From assembly GCA_937863565.1 (NCBI GenBank), contig CALMGJ010000038.1:1-64000 (forward strand): a stretch of 64,000 nt of DNA, read 5' to 3'. A model generated the notes under the pieces. The model made no database searches, was not told the origin of the DNA, and saw only the letters and a list, made by a program, of their open reading frames with translations. Numbering within the stretch: the first letter of the stretch is position 1; every line of letters begins with the position of its first letter. Both the position numbers and the translations under genes were made by a program. Positions 48,730 through 57,163 of this stretch are shown here, piece after piece. Source of the DNA: an uncultured bacterium (GTDB lineage: Bacteria; AUK180).

Positions 48730-49295
48730 TAGAGAGCATCGAAGGCATCATTACCAGGAAAACAGAAGACAGGATCTTCATTAAAACTGCGTCGGGACTA
48801 GGTTTTTCCGTATTCTTTCTGAAGCGGAATCTCGGCCGGGTCGGTGAAGGGGAGATCAAGGAGATCCCCGTTCATTTCAGGGTCAAAGAGGACGGAATGG
48901 AACTATACGGCTTCATTTCGGAAAAGGAAAAATCGGCGTTCAGGATACTCGTCGGGATATCCTCGATCGGTCCCAAGACAGCGATGTCGATACTCGATCA
49001 TTATTCTCTGGACGAGATCCGGCAGATCGCGCATAACGAAGATATAGATTCGCTCTCTCTTATCCCGGGCATCGGGAAGAAGACCGCGAGCCGGATCATA
49101 CTGGAACTAGCCGGGAAACTCGTTATCAAGGATGAGGACCTCAAACTCGGGAATGAGTTCGAAACGGCGAAAGAGGGTCTTCTCGGGATGGGCTTCGAGA
49201 AGGATTATATTGAAAGAAAACTATCTGCCCTCATGACCGCTTCACCCGACCTCAAGGCGGCAGAGATAATTAAAAAGGTGCTGAAGGATGGCTAA
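48726..49295 (+). CDS. ruvA: Holliday junction branch migration protein RuvA
   Basis: ATGA overlap; V.ED...LYGF, IGPKTA..IL and IPGIGKKTA.RII.EL motifs. Confidence 0.96.
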   Translation: MIESIEGIITRKTEDRIFIKTASGLGFSVFFLKRNLGRVGEGEIKEIPVHFRVKEDGMELYGFISEKEKSAFRILVGISSIGPKTAMSILDHYSLDEIRQIAHNEDIDSLSLIPGIGKKTASRIILELAGKLVIKDEDLKLGNEFETAKEGLLGMGFEKDYIERKLSALMTASPDLKAAEIIKKVLKDG

Positions 49296-50301
49296 CGATT
49301 TCAATACCCCTTTCCAATTCAATGAGGAAGCCGATCTCGAAATATCGCTCCGCCCGAAGAATTTCAGCGATTTCGTAGGCCAGGCCGAACTTCTGGAACA
49401 TCTTGAGATCTCGGTGAAGGCCGCAAAGGAGAGGAACGAGAACCTTGATCATATATTGCTTTACGGGCCTCCGGGCCTCGGAAAGACAACGCTGGCCTAT
49501 ATCATGGCCAATGAACTCGGCGTTAATATCCATACGACGACCGGTCCGGCGATGGAACGTAAAAAGGATATAGCCGCGATCCTTTCTAATCTTGAGGAAA
49601 AGGATATCCTCTTCATAGATGAGATCCACAGACTGAACAGGTCCGTCGAGGAAACGCTCTATCCGGCAATGGAGGACTATGCCCTGGACATCATCATCGG
49701 CCAGGGCCCTTCCGCGAAAACGCTCCGGCTCGATATTCCGAAATTCACGTTGATAGGAGCGACCACTAGAGCGGGAATGCTGACCTCACCTCTCAGGGAC
49801 AGGTTCGGCATCATCAACAGGATAGATTTCTATGACCCGGAGGACCTTGCCCGTATAGTGGAAAGGGATGCTCACGTGCTTAATATCAGGGTCGAGCATG
49901 AGGCCGCGCTCGAGATATCGAAGCGATCGCGGGGAACGCCCCGCATCGCGATACGGATCCTGAAACGGATAAGGGATTATGCTCAGATCAAGGGTGACGG
50001 CACCGTGAAGCTCGATATCACACTTACCGCGCTGGAAAAACTTAATATCGATAAAATGGGACTTGATGAGATCGATAAAAGACTGCTCCGTCTGATCATA
50101 GAAAAATATGCCGGCGGCCCCGTAGGTATTGAAACGCTCGCGATCGCTCTTTCGGAGGCGAAGGAAACGATCGAAGATATCTATGAGCCCTATCTGATAC
50201 AGACGGGATTTTTAAAAAGGACGCGGAACGGCAGAGTAGCTACGGATTTTGCAAAAGAATATCTCGGCTATCCGGCCGACGGTTCCGGCGCGCTTTTCTG
50301 A
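49288..50301 (+). CDS. ruvB: Holliday junction helicase RuvB
   Basis: SLRP..F..FVGQ, GPPGLGKTTLA, FIDEIHRL, GATTR and SRGTPR motifs. Confidence 0.98.
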   Translation: MANDFNTPFQFNEEADLEISLRPKNFSDFVGQAELLEHLEISVKAAKERNENLDHILLYGPPGLGKTTLAYIMANELGVNIHTTTGPAMERKKDIAAILSNLEEKDILFIDEIHRLNRSVEETLYPAMEDYALDIIIGQGPSAKTLRLDIPKFTLIGATTRAGMLTSPLRDRFGIINRIDFYDPEDLARIVERDAHVLNIRVEHEAALEISKRSRGTPRIAIRILKRIRDYAQIKGDGTVKLDITLTALEKLNIDKMGLDEIDKRLLRLIIEKYAGGPVGIETLAIALSEAKETIEDIYEPYLIQTGFLKRTRNGRVATDFAKEYLGYPADGSGALF

Positions 50302-50317
50302 AACGAGGAGATGCAGG

Positions 50318-50506
50318 ATGAAAAGACTTTACAGATCAAGAGATGACAGGGTCATCTTCGGCGTTTGCGGCGGCTTCGGTAAATATTTCAATATGGATCC
50401 TGTGGTATTCAGGGTGATCATGATACTTCTCGTATTCGGTTTCGGAACAGGCATTCTGTTCTACCTCATAGCGTTTTTAATCATTCCGCCCGAGCCGATA
50501 AACTGA
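50318..50506 (+). CDS. PspC-domain protein
   Basis: MKRLYRSR.DR.I.GVCGG...YFN.DP...R motif plus a TM segment. Confidence 0.9.
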   Translation: MKRLYRSRDDRVIFGVCGGFGKYFNMDPVVFRVIMILLVFGFGTGILFYLIAFLIIPPEPIN

Positions 50507-50535
50507 TACGGGCATATTCCCGGCACGGATAAAAT

Positions 50536-50564
50536 TTGGAAAATAGCCGTGTTTTTATTATAAT
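50536..50564 (+). promoter_or_regulatory. Sigma70-type promoter of tRNA-Thr
   Basis: TTGGAA-17 nt-TATAAT, ending 11 nt before the tRNA. Confidence 0.6.
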
Positions 50565-50575
50565 AGCATTTAAGT

Positions 50576-50648
50576 GCTGGTGTAGCTCAGTCGGTAGAGC
50601 AGCTGATTCGTAATCAGCCGGTCAGCGGTTCAAGTCCGCTCACCAGCT
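50576..50648 (+). tRNA. tRNA-Thr (anticodon CGT), CCA not encoded
   Basis: Cloverleaf: acceptor GCTGGTG/CACCAGC, anticodon stem GCTGA/TCAGC with loop TTCGTAA, T-loop TTCAAGT. Confidence 0.97.
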
Positions 50649-50662
50649 TTTATATTTTTATT

Positions 50663-52510
50663 TTGAAGATCAAAGTTGGCGGGGCTCTTATTTGCGGGTT
50701 GTTCATAATACTGACCGCCGTAATGTTCCTGCGCATAGACCGCAGCGCCGGCTTCCTCGATTCTTCCGAGTTCGCGCTTTCGGTGACAGACGGCTCTCTC
50801 CTCCATCCGCCTTCTTATCCTCTGACCTTTCTTGTATTGCGCGCCGCTCCGGTTATACTGCCCTTCGCCGATAAGATCGTTGCGGCAAAAATGATCCAGG
50901 TCATCATTTCCTCCTCCGCCCTTTTTTTCTTTTTCCTCCTTACGGGATTTTTTTCTCGGAACATCTTTCTCAGGCTTGCCGCAGTCCTTCTGATCTTTTT
51001 CGGAAGAGCTTTTCAATTTTATGCCGTTAATCTTGAGTGCTATGCGATGTTCTTCTTCTTCACGGCTTTCTTTTTCTGGGCATATTTCGGCAACCGACGG
51101 AATTCAGGATATTTCAATATTGCCCTTTTCGCGTTTGCCGGAGGCATCGTTTCTCATCCGCTTTTCATTCTGCTGATCCCGTTTGTTCTTTCGCTCAAAC
51201 CTCCGACCAAACCGGCTCCTCTTCTTACCGCCTTTGCGTTCATCCTCCCATTTTTATCATATCTTGTATTGATACCCGCTTCGGCGAAAACACCCCTTTT
51301 GAATTGGGAAGCGCCGTCCAATCCGTATAATCTTCTGAGAATACTGATAAGAAGGGGATACTCCTCAACTACATTCGAGATATCGCCGGCCAATATACTT
51401 ACTTTCGGTACGGAGGTCCTGCTGCAATCCGGCGGCCTGATCCTTATCTGGTTCGCGGTCATGGCAAAGAAGATCAAAAGGGAACATGTTTTTATTCTGA
51501 CCTACCTTTTTTGCCTTGGATTATTCTTTAAAGCGGATAAAAAGATATTCGACTGGACAGCCTTTGTATTCCCGGTCTTGTGCATGACCATTCCGGAGGT
51601 GTCGGCCAACATGATCCTGGGGAAAAAGGGAAAGGTCCTGCTCGCTGCCGCTGCGCTCTTTCTTTTCATCGGGAACCTTCCGATAACCGGACTCCGGTTA
51701 AACGGATATGAGAAAGCCTTCGTATCGGATATTTATTCGAGGATAGAAGAACCGCGAACTTTTATTTTCGCCGATGAGGACTCAAGGGCCTTTCTCTTGA
51801 GCTACTATTTCGTCAAGGAAAAAAATCAGAAGATACCGGTGATCACGACCCTTTTGAGGCATAAATGGTACAGGGATTCCCTTGCCAAATACGGCAAAGT
51901 AAAAATGCCGGAATGGGAAGGGCAGGCCATTCGGGAATATGCCTTTTTAATGATGAGTGAGAACGGCATCGAAAATGCCTATGTAACTTCTTATTTATAC
52001 GATGAGTTCAGTAAAGAAGGCGAAGAAATGCCTCATTTTATCGTTGTAAAGATCACCCGGTCGGGCTTTGCTCTATCACCGTTCAGCAGAATAGAATTTA
52101 TTTCAAAGAAGAGATCCGGTATAAATTTCTTGTCAAATCTCTATGAGAATTACCTCGGCTACATACTCAATGGAGCGAAGTACCATGCCAGAAAAGGCGA
52201 TTATCCAACTGCGCTCCGTTATCTTGATCTTATTGAAAATCCCCGATGGGAGGATATTTATGTACGCTCAACGGTATATCTGGAGTCAGGTCGTCCGTCT
52301 GATGCCGTGCACGGCTTCATAAAGGTCCTTGAGCTCCAACCCCGGCATAAAATGTCCCATATTGGCTTGATTAGGGCTTTACTCGCTTCCGGCGCCACCG
52401 AAGCGGCCGAAAAGGCCTACAGAAAGTGCATCTCTGTTTTTCCTTCGGATGAGGCACTAAAGAGGCATTTAGAGGGATTTTTCACCCGGAATAGGCCTTA
52501 CTCCAAATAA
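50663..52510 (+). CDS. DUF2723/TMEM260-like GT-C membrane protein with C-terminal TPR (start uncertain)
   Basis: DSSEF....LLHPPSYPL and P.LNW..P motifs; many TM segments; TPR-like tail. Confidence 0.75.
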   Translation: MKIKVGGALICGLFIILTAVMFLRIDRSAGFLDSSEFALSVTDGSLLHPPSYPLTFLVLRAAPVILPFADKIVAAKMIQVIISSSALFFFFLLTGFFSRNIFLRLAAVLLIFFGRAFQFYAVNLECYAMFFFFTAFFFWAYFGNRRNSGYFNIALFAFAGGIVSHPLFILLIPFVLSLKPPTKPAPLLTAFAFILPFLSYLVLIPASAKTPLLNWEAPSNPYNLLRILIRRGYSSTTFEISPANILTFGTEVLLQSGGLILIWFAVMAKKIKREHVFILTYLFCLGLFFKADKKIFDWTAFVFPVLCMTIPEVSANMILGKKGKVLLAAAALFLFIGNLPITGLRLNGYEKAFVSDIYSRIEEPRTFIFADEDSRAFLLSYYFVKEKNQKIPVITTLLRHKWYRDSLAKYGKVKMPEWEGQAIREYAFLMMSENGIENAYVTSYLYDEFSKEGEEMPHFIVVKITRSGFALSPFSRIEFISKKRSGINFLSNLYENYLGYILNGAKYHARKGDYPTALRYLDLIENPRWEDIYVRSTVYLESGRPSDAVHGFIKVLELQPRHKMSHIGLIRALLASGATEAAEKAYRKCISVFPSDEALKRHLEGFFTRNRPYSK

Positions 52511-52523
52511 CATTAATTATTAC

Positions 52524-52552
52524 TTGACTTTTTTTTAGAAAAGGATTAAAAT
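52524..52552 (+). promoter_or_regulatory. Sigma70-type promoter of the OmpA gene
   Basis: TTGACT-17 nt-TAAAAT; GGAGG before the ATG at 52573. Confidence 0.65.
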
Positions 52553-52572
52553 AAAAAAAAATGGAGGTTTTT

Positions 52573-54162
52573 ATGAAGAACAAGAGCTTGCTTCTTGTTT
52601 TGATCCTGTCCGGAACAATGATCTTTGCCACATCGTTCAACTACAGTTCGGCACTGATCAATGCCCCTTCTGCTGAAGTCCTCAACAGCTTGGGTTACTG
52701 GCTTGTGATCAATCACGCCCACTCCTTCTCGAGCGATATCTTCGATGCAAGGGAAGTAGGCGAAGAGGACATGAATTTTAATTTCGCATATCACATCCCG
52801 ATGAACGAAGGGATCTTCAAACTGAACCTTGAAGTCGGATTGACCGTATATTCCATGTTCTCGGTCCTTCAGGACCAGAACGCACTGGCCGGCAATATTA
52901 AACTCCAGGTCATTCAGGATCCTACCGATAAGGATTATAAAGCGAATTTCGATTTCGACAAGAACCCTGTCTATAAATATCTTCCTTCTGTGGCGATAGG
53001 GTTGAAGAACATCTCGGGCGATAAATACCTGACCTCGATTGGCACCATCCCTCCGTATCTTGATGAGAACGGGGACGAGGTCACCTACGGCGCCGAAGAG
53101 TACAATCTCGACAATTCGTTCAATAACAGTTTCTACATCGCCTTCACGAAAAAATTCTACCTGGGCGATTTTTTCCTTAAAGGACATCTCGGCTGGGGCA
53201 TGGGCACCTTTATGGGAGTCAAGAAGGCCGACAGGAATGCGGGTCTGGTCTGGGGCGTCTCCACGACAATTTTCCCCATCAATAAACTTTCGCCTCTTTC
53301 CATCATGTTCGACTTTGACGGCAATAAATATTCCATTGGCGCGCAGCTTATCTATACGAACCCGCAGCTTCTCGACCTCGCGAAGGACGAGGGCATGAAA
53401 AAATTCATCCCCGGCTTCGTGGTCAACCTCGCGGTCACCGATATAGATGAAGCATTCAGGACATACGGAGAGAACGGCTGGTCTCCCAAGATCGAGTTCG
53501 GCCTCGGCATCACGAACAACGCCTATCTTTCTTATGGTTCCGATAAAGCGCTGGTAGCCAAGAAGACAGTGAAGAAACCCACGCCGAAAAAGGAAGTGAC
53601 CCCCAAGAAGGAAAAGGGCAAGGAAGGCGAGAAGAAAATGACGCCGGAAGAGATCAGAGAACTTGCCAAGCAGAAAGCTCTTGAAGCAAGAAAGAAGGCT
53701 GAAGAGCAGAAAGCTAAAGAAGAAGCTCTGAAGGCTCAGCCCGAGATCAAAAAAGAAGATGTTGAAAAGAAATTCTCCGACACGATAAAAGCCACGATGG
53801 ATTTCTTCTTCGAGGAAAAATTCGTAAGGTTCATTCCGAAAACGATCAAGTTCAAGACCGCTTCCGACGAGATCATGAGCGTTGCGTTCCCCGCACTTGA
53901 CGAGATCGCGAAATATCTCAAGGAAAATCCCACCGTGAAGACCGATATCGAAGGACATACCGATAATATCGGCGAAAGAAGCTTCAATGTCGATCTTGCA
54001 ACGAAAAGAGCCGAATCCGTAAAGAAATACCTTATAGGCAAAGGCGTGAAGGCCGAACAGCTTACCGCGATAGGCTACGGTCCCGATAAACCGAGATACG
54101 ATAACGCTACGCCGATAGGAAAAGCGAAGAACAGAAGAGTAGAGTTCAGACTGCACTATTGA
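52573..54162 (+). CDS. OmpA-family outer membrane protein (beta-barrel, Lys/Glu linker, peptidoglycan-binding domain)
   Basis: Signal peptide; IEGHTDNIG...N..L..KRA.SV..YL, GYG...P and NRRVEF motifs. Confidence 0.92.
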   Translation: MKNKSLLLVLILSGTMIFATSFNYSSALINAPSAEVLNSLGYWLVINHAHSFSSDIFDAREVGEEDMNFNFAYHIPMNEGIFKLNLEVGLTVYSMFSVLQDQNALAGNIKLQVIQDPTDKDYKANFDFDKNPVYKYLPSVAIGLKNISGDKYLTSIGTIPPYLDENGDEVTYGAEEYNLDNSFNNSFYIAFTKKFYLGDFFLKGHLGWGMGTFMGVKKADRNAGLVWGVSTTIFPINKLSPLSIMFDFDGNKYSIGAQLIYTNPQLLDLAKDEGMKKFIPGFVVNLAVTDIDEAFRTYGENGWSPKIEFGLGITNNAYLSYGSDKALVAKKTVKKPTPKKEVTPKKEKGKEGEKKMTPEEIRELAKQKALEARKKAEEQKAKEEALKAQPEIKKEDVEKKFSDTIKATMDFFFEEKFVRFIPKTIKFKTASDEIMSVAFPALDEIAKYLKENPTVKTDIEGHTDNIGERSFNVDLATKRAESVKKYLIGKGVKAEQLTAIGYGPDKPRYDNATPIGKAKNRRVEFRLHY

Positions 54163-54191
54163 TGCGGTCTTAACGGCAGAGAATAACAATC

Positions 54192-54228
54192 AAAGCCCAT
54201 TGCATTACGGTGCGGTGGGCTTTTTTTT
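54192..54228 (+). terminator. Rho-independent terminator after the OmpA gene
   Basis: Stem GCCCATTGCAT / GTGCGGTGGGC with TACG loop, followed by T8. Confidence 0.85.
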
Positions 54229-54240
54229 AGGAGTATTAAT

Positions 54241-55536
54241 ATGAAATCCGCGCTATTAGGAAAGATACGCGACAGAAGCGTGATCGTCGGCGTGATAGGG
54301 CTCGGTTATGTGGGGCTCCCCCTCATTACAGGCTTCGGAAAGAACAAAGTACGCACAGTCGGGTACGATATAGACAGAAGCAAGATCAAGTCCCTTGAAA
54401 AATGCAAGTCCTATGTCATCGATATTAAAGACGAAGAACTGAAAAGTATAAAGAAGTATTTCACTCCGACCAATGACCCAAAGCTGCTGAATAAAGCGGA
54501 TGCGCTGATCGTCTGCGTCCCCACACCGCTTCGGAAAACAAAGGACCCCGACATCTCCTTTATCATGAGCGCGCTTGAGATCATCTTGAACCTTGATTAC
54601 AGAGGGAAACTTATCATCCTTGAATCAACTACGTATCCCGGGACGACCGAAGAGATAATGCAAACCGCTCTGGAGAAGGAGGGTAAATACAAAGCCGGCC
54701 GTGATTTTTTCCTTGCCTTCTCACCGGAAAGGGTCGATCCCGGCAATAAGAATTTCAATATCGAGAACACTCCCAAGGTGGTAGGCGGCGTAACCCCCTC
54801 CTGTCTTTCCGCAGCGAAAGGATTATATGAGATCACTGTTCAAAAGGTATTCCCTGTAAGTTCCACGAGAGTGGCGGAGAGCGTGAAGCTTCTGGAGAAT
54901 GTTTTCCGAAGCGTCAATATCGGTCTTGTGAACGAACTTGCGCAGTTATGCAACAGGATGAAGATCGATATCTGGGAGGTCATTGCAGCGGCTTCCACGA
55001 AACCGTACGGGTTCATGCCCTTTTATCCGGGTCCCGGCCTCGGCGGCCATTGCATTCCGCTCGATCCGTTCTATCTCTCATGGAAGGCAAAGGCGTATGA
55101 TTTCAATACCAGGTTCATAGAGCTTGCAGGCGAAATAAACGGAAGCATGCCTTACTTTGTATCAGGGCTCGCGCAGGACATACTCAACAAATATAAGAAA
55201 TCTGTGAATGGAGCGAATATCCTGATCCTCGGTGTTGCCTATAAAAAGAATATAGGCGATACAAGGGAATCGCCCGCGATAGACGTGATCAAAATACTCA
55301 ATGCCCAGAAAGGGAAGATGTGTTACCATGATCCGTTCGTTCCCGAGATCGATATCGGAGGGAAAAAATACAAAAGCTCTGTCCTCGATAAAAAAACGCT
55401 TTCCAAGATCGATATCGCCATAATCGTTACCGACCATGAAAAAGTCGACTACCGCAAGGTGATAGCGCTCGGTATTCCCGTTCTTGATACGAGGAATGTG
55501 ATAAAGAAGAAGTTCCGCAATGTTTATACATTCTGA
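54241..55536 (+). CDS. Nucleotide-sugar dehydrogenase (UDP-GlcNAc 6-dehydrogenase, WbpA-like)
   Basis: GLGYVGLP, CVPTP, ESTTYPGTT, SPERVDPGN, GPGLGGHCIP.DP and D.RESP motifs. Confidence 0.93.
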   Translation: MKSALLGKIRDRSVIVGVIGLGYVGLPLITGFGKNKVRTVGYDIDRSKIKSLEKCKSYVIDIKDEELKSIKKYFTPTNDPKLLNKADALIVCVPTPLRKTKDPDISFIMSALEIILNLDYRGKLIILESTTYPGTTEEIMQTALEKEGKYKAGRDFFLAFSPERVDPGNKNFNIENTPKVVGGVTPSCLSAAKGLYEITVQKVFPVSSTRVAESVKLLENVFRSVNIGLVNELAQLCNRMKIDIWEVIAAASTKPYGFMPFYPGPGLGGHCIPLDPFYLSWKAKAYDFNTRFIELAGEINGSMPYFVSGLAQDILNKYKKSVNGANILILGVAYKKNIGDTRESPAIDVIKILNAQKGKMCYHDPFVPEIDIGGKKYKSSVLDKKTLSKIDIAIIVTDHEKVDYRKVIALGIPVLDTRNVIKKKFRNVYTF

Positions 55537-55548
55537 AAGGAGTTACGG

Positions 55549-56448
55549 ATGAAAAGTTTCAGCGAACTAGAGCAGTACATCAAGGGCAAAAAAAGGAAAA
55601 CGCTTGTTATTGCCGCCGCGGACGAAAAACATGTGCTTGAAACTGCCTCCCGGATCATTGAGGCCGATCTGGCGGATCTTATACTTGTCGGAGGAGAAGT
55701 TTTTATAAGAGAGCATTTGAAAAAAGGCAATTTCAAGGTCGTCGACGAGAAAGATCCGGCCAGAGCGACGGAAAAAGCTTTTGAGCTGCTCTGTTCCAAT
55801 GAAGCCGATGCCATCATGAAAGGACTTGTTCAGACGGATATCTATCTGAAAGCCCTGCTGAAAAGAAAAGAGCAGCTTCTGAGCTCTAAACTTCTTTCCC
55901 ATATCGCTCTCACGGAATTCAAGGGCAGATTTCTCATCATCACCGATGTGGCCATCAATGTAGAACCCGATCTCGAACAAAAGATCGAAATAATCAAAAA
56001 TGCCGTAAAGGTTGCCCGGAATATCGGCTTCGCAAAACCCAAGGTGGCGCTGATCTGCCCCACCGAGAAGGTCAATCCGAAGATCGAATGCACGATGGAA
56101 GCGGCCGTCATCTCGAAGATGGCTGAACGCGGTGACCTCGGGATCGAAGCCGAGATCGACGGCCCCATGGCGCTGGATGTTGCGCTTTCCGCGGAAGCGG
56201 CCGAGATCAAGAAGGTAAAATCCTTCACGAACGTAAAGGGACAGGCCGACATCATAGTATTGGATTCTCTGACAGACGGCAATGCGGTCTACAAGGCGCT
56301 CGAGATATTCCTGGACGCCCCGAGGGCCGCGGTGATAGCCGGAATAAAGCATCCGGCGATCCTGACTTCACGGAGCGACTCGAGCGAGATCAAATATAAC
56401 TCCGTGCTTTTCGCCCTATCCCAATCGGAGGAGAATGAAGCGGTATAA
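55549..56448 (+). CDS. Phosphate acyltransferase (Ptb/Pta family)
   Basis: AD.IMKG.VQT, TD.AIN..PDLE.K, DGP.ALD.A and LTSRSD motifs. Confidence 0.9.
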   Translation: MKSFSELEQYIKGKKRKTLVIAAADEKHVLETASRIIEADLADLILVGGEVFIREHLKKGNFKVVDEKDPARATEKAFELLCSNEADAIMKGLVQTDIYLKALLKRKEQLLSSKLLSHIALTEFKGRFLIITDVAINVEPDLEQKIEIIKNAVKVARNIGFAKPKVALICPTEKVNPKIECTMEAAVISKMAERGDLGIEAEIDGPMALDVALSAEAAEIKKVKSFTNVKGQADIIVLDSLTDGNAVYKALEIFLDAPRAAVIAGIKHPAILTSRSDSSEIKYNSVLFALSQSEENEAV

Positions 56449-57163
56449 TATCGCGATCACAGGGTACGGCAATTTAGGAAGAACATTATTTAATAATCTT
56501 TCCGGTCATCATGATATTACAGTTATAAGATCACCCTCTCAATATAAGCGCATAAGGAGCGCAGACATCCTTTTCATATGCGTTCCGGACGCGAAGATCG
56601 CCTCTGTTCACAGGGCACTGAAAAAGATCCGCAATGTCCCGGCATTTCACTTTTCAGGCTGCCTGACATCGGATATATTGAAGGCCGGCAGGGGAGTTCC
56701 GCTCGGAAGCATTCACTTTCCGCTTTCTTTCAATGTGAAGAACCGAATGCTCGATCTTAGGGAACGCTTTATCGTCTTTGAGGGAAATGATCCCGGCTTT
56801 GAGCTTGCATCCTCCGTATTCAAACCTTTTAAACCCAAAATGAGGAGAATGGACAGAAAAAAGAAACCCCTGTACCATCTTGCCTGTTCGCTCAGCGCGA
56901 ACCTTCCTTTCTATTATCTTGCTCTTTCGCGGAAGCATTTTACCGAACTCGGCCTTCCGGAGAGAATATCGGAAGACCTTTTCACATCCGCATTGGATAA
57001 TTTCAGGATTCTTGGGAAAAACGGACTTACAGGTCCTGTCATCCGCGGGGATGCCGCAGTGTTAAAAAAGCATATTGATGCGATAGAGGATAAAGGGGAG
57101 AAAAGGATGTACCGGAATGCTGTACGTTTTTTTACTGAGCTCCTTTTTAAAAAGAGGGCTTGA
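56435..57163 (+). CDS. Rossmann-like/DUF2520 domain protein
   Basis: G.GNLG, VPD..I, HFSG, LYHLAC...AN and LTGPV.RGD...L.KH motifs. Confidence 0.85.
   Translation: MKRYNIAITGYGNLGRTLFNNLSGHHDITVIRSPSQYKRIRSADILFICVPDAKIASVHRALKKIRNVPAFHFSGCLTSDILKAGRGVPLGSIHFPLSFNVKNRMLDLRERFIVFEGNDPGFELASSVFKPFKPKMRRMDRKKKPLYHLACSLSANLPFYYLALSRKHFTELGLPERISEDLFTSALDNFRILGKNGLTGPVIRGDAAVLKKHIDAIEDKGEKRMYRNAVRFFTELLFKKRA

Noticed and set aside
52546-54189. 547-aa minus-strand ORF
   Set aside because: It is the antisense shadow of the OmpA gene and has no motifs; codon bias on the real strand explains it.
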